Part shown: positions 63,943 to 64,000 of the stretch, in pieces
How positions within the stretch are numbered: the first letter of the stretch is position 1
How the letters are laid out: each line of letters opens with the position of its first letter
Source of the DNA: Hydrolagus colliei
Lineage: Eukaryota
Direction: 5' to 3'
DNA: 64,000 nt
NCBI GenBank assembly: GCA_035084275.1
Contig: CM068750.1
Location: forward strand, 14,012,001 to 14,076,000
Notes under the pieces: generated by a model
Told to the model about the DNA's origin: nothing
Databases searched by the model: none
What the model saw: only the letters and a program-made list of their open reading frames with translations
Program-made: the position numbers and the translations under genes

Positions 63943-64000
63943 AAGTTAAATTCCCTAGTTATTTAACTTCAATAATAGTAATACCTAGGGAATTTAACTT
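63943..64000. repeat. Inverted repeat (21-bp arms, 1 mismatch), running to the window edge
   Basis: AAGTTAAATTCCCTAGTTATT (63943-63963) vs AATACCTAGGGAATTTAACTT (63980-64000). Confidence 0.9.

Overview
Vertebrate genomic DNA, most likely a cartilaginous fish (inferred from SacSINE1/DeuSINE-like SINEs and CR1 elements with (ATTCTATG)n tails). One protein-coding gene is recognisable: a five-exon TALK-subfamily two-pore K+ channel, closest to KCNK16, on the + strand (CDS 12028-17895, about 353 aa). It has a candidate TATA promoter and non-coding first exon at about 5.5 kb and a poly(A) signal at 18398. The remaining ~45 kb has no recognisable host exons and is dense in retroposons: a young, near-complete CR1 LINE (36391-39990), a ~98%-identical 3' fragment of it (22988-23794), older CR1 and L2 fragments, and many tRNA-derived SINEs. 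A Tigger/pogo-like MITE with a second MITE nested inside lies at 7814-8614. The most notable oddities are: the exon-1 donor reads AAG|TTAAGT instead of GT; a 57-bp degenerate copy of the exon-2/intron-2 junction sits inside a SINE in intron 3; and two linked SINE subfamilies carry different RT-recognition tails. I found no clearly novel multi-gene system. Repeat boundaries are approximate unless stated otherwise.
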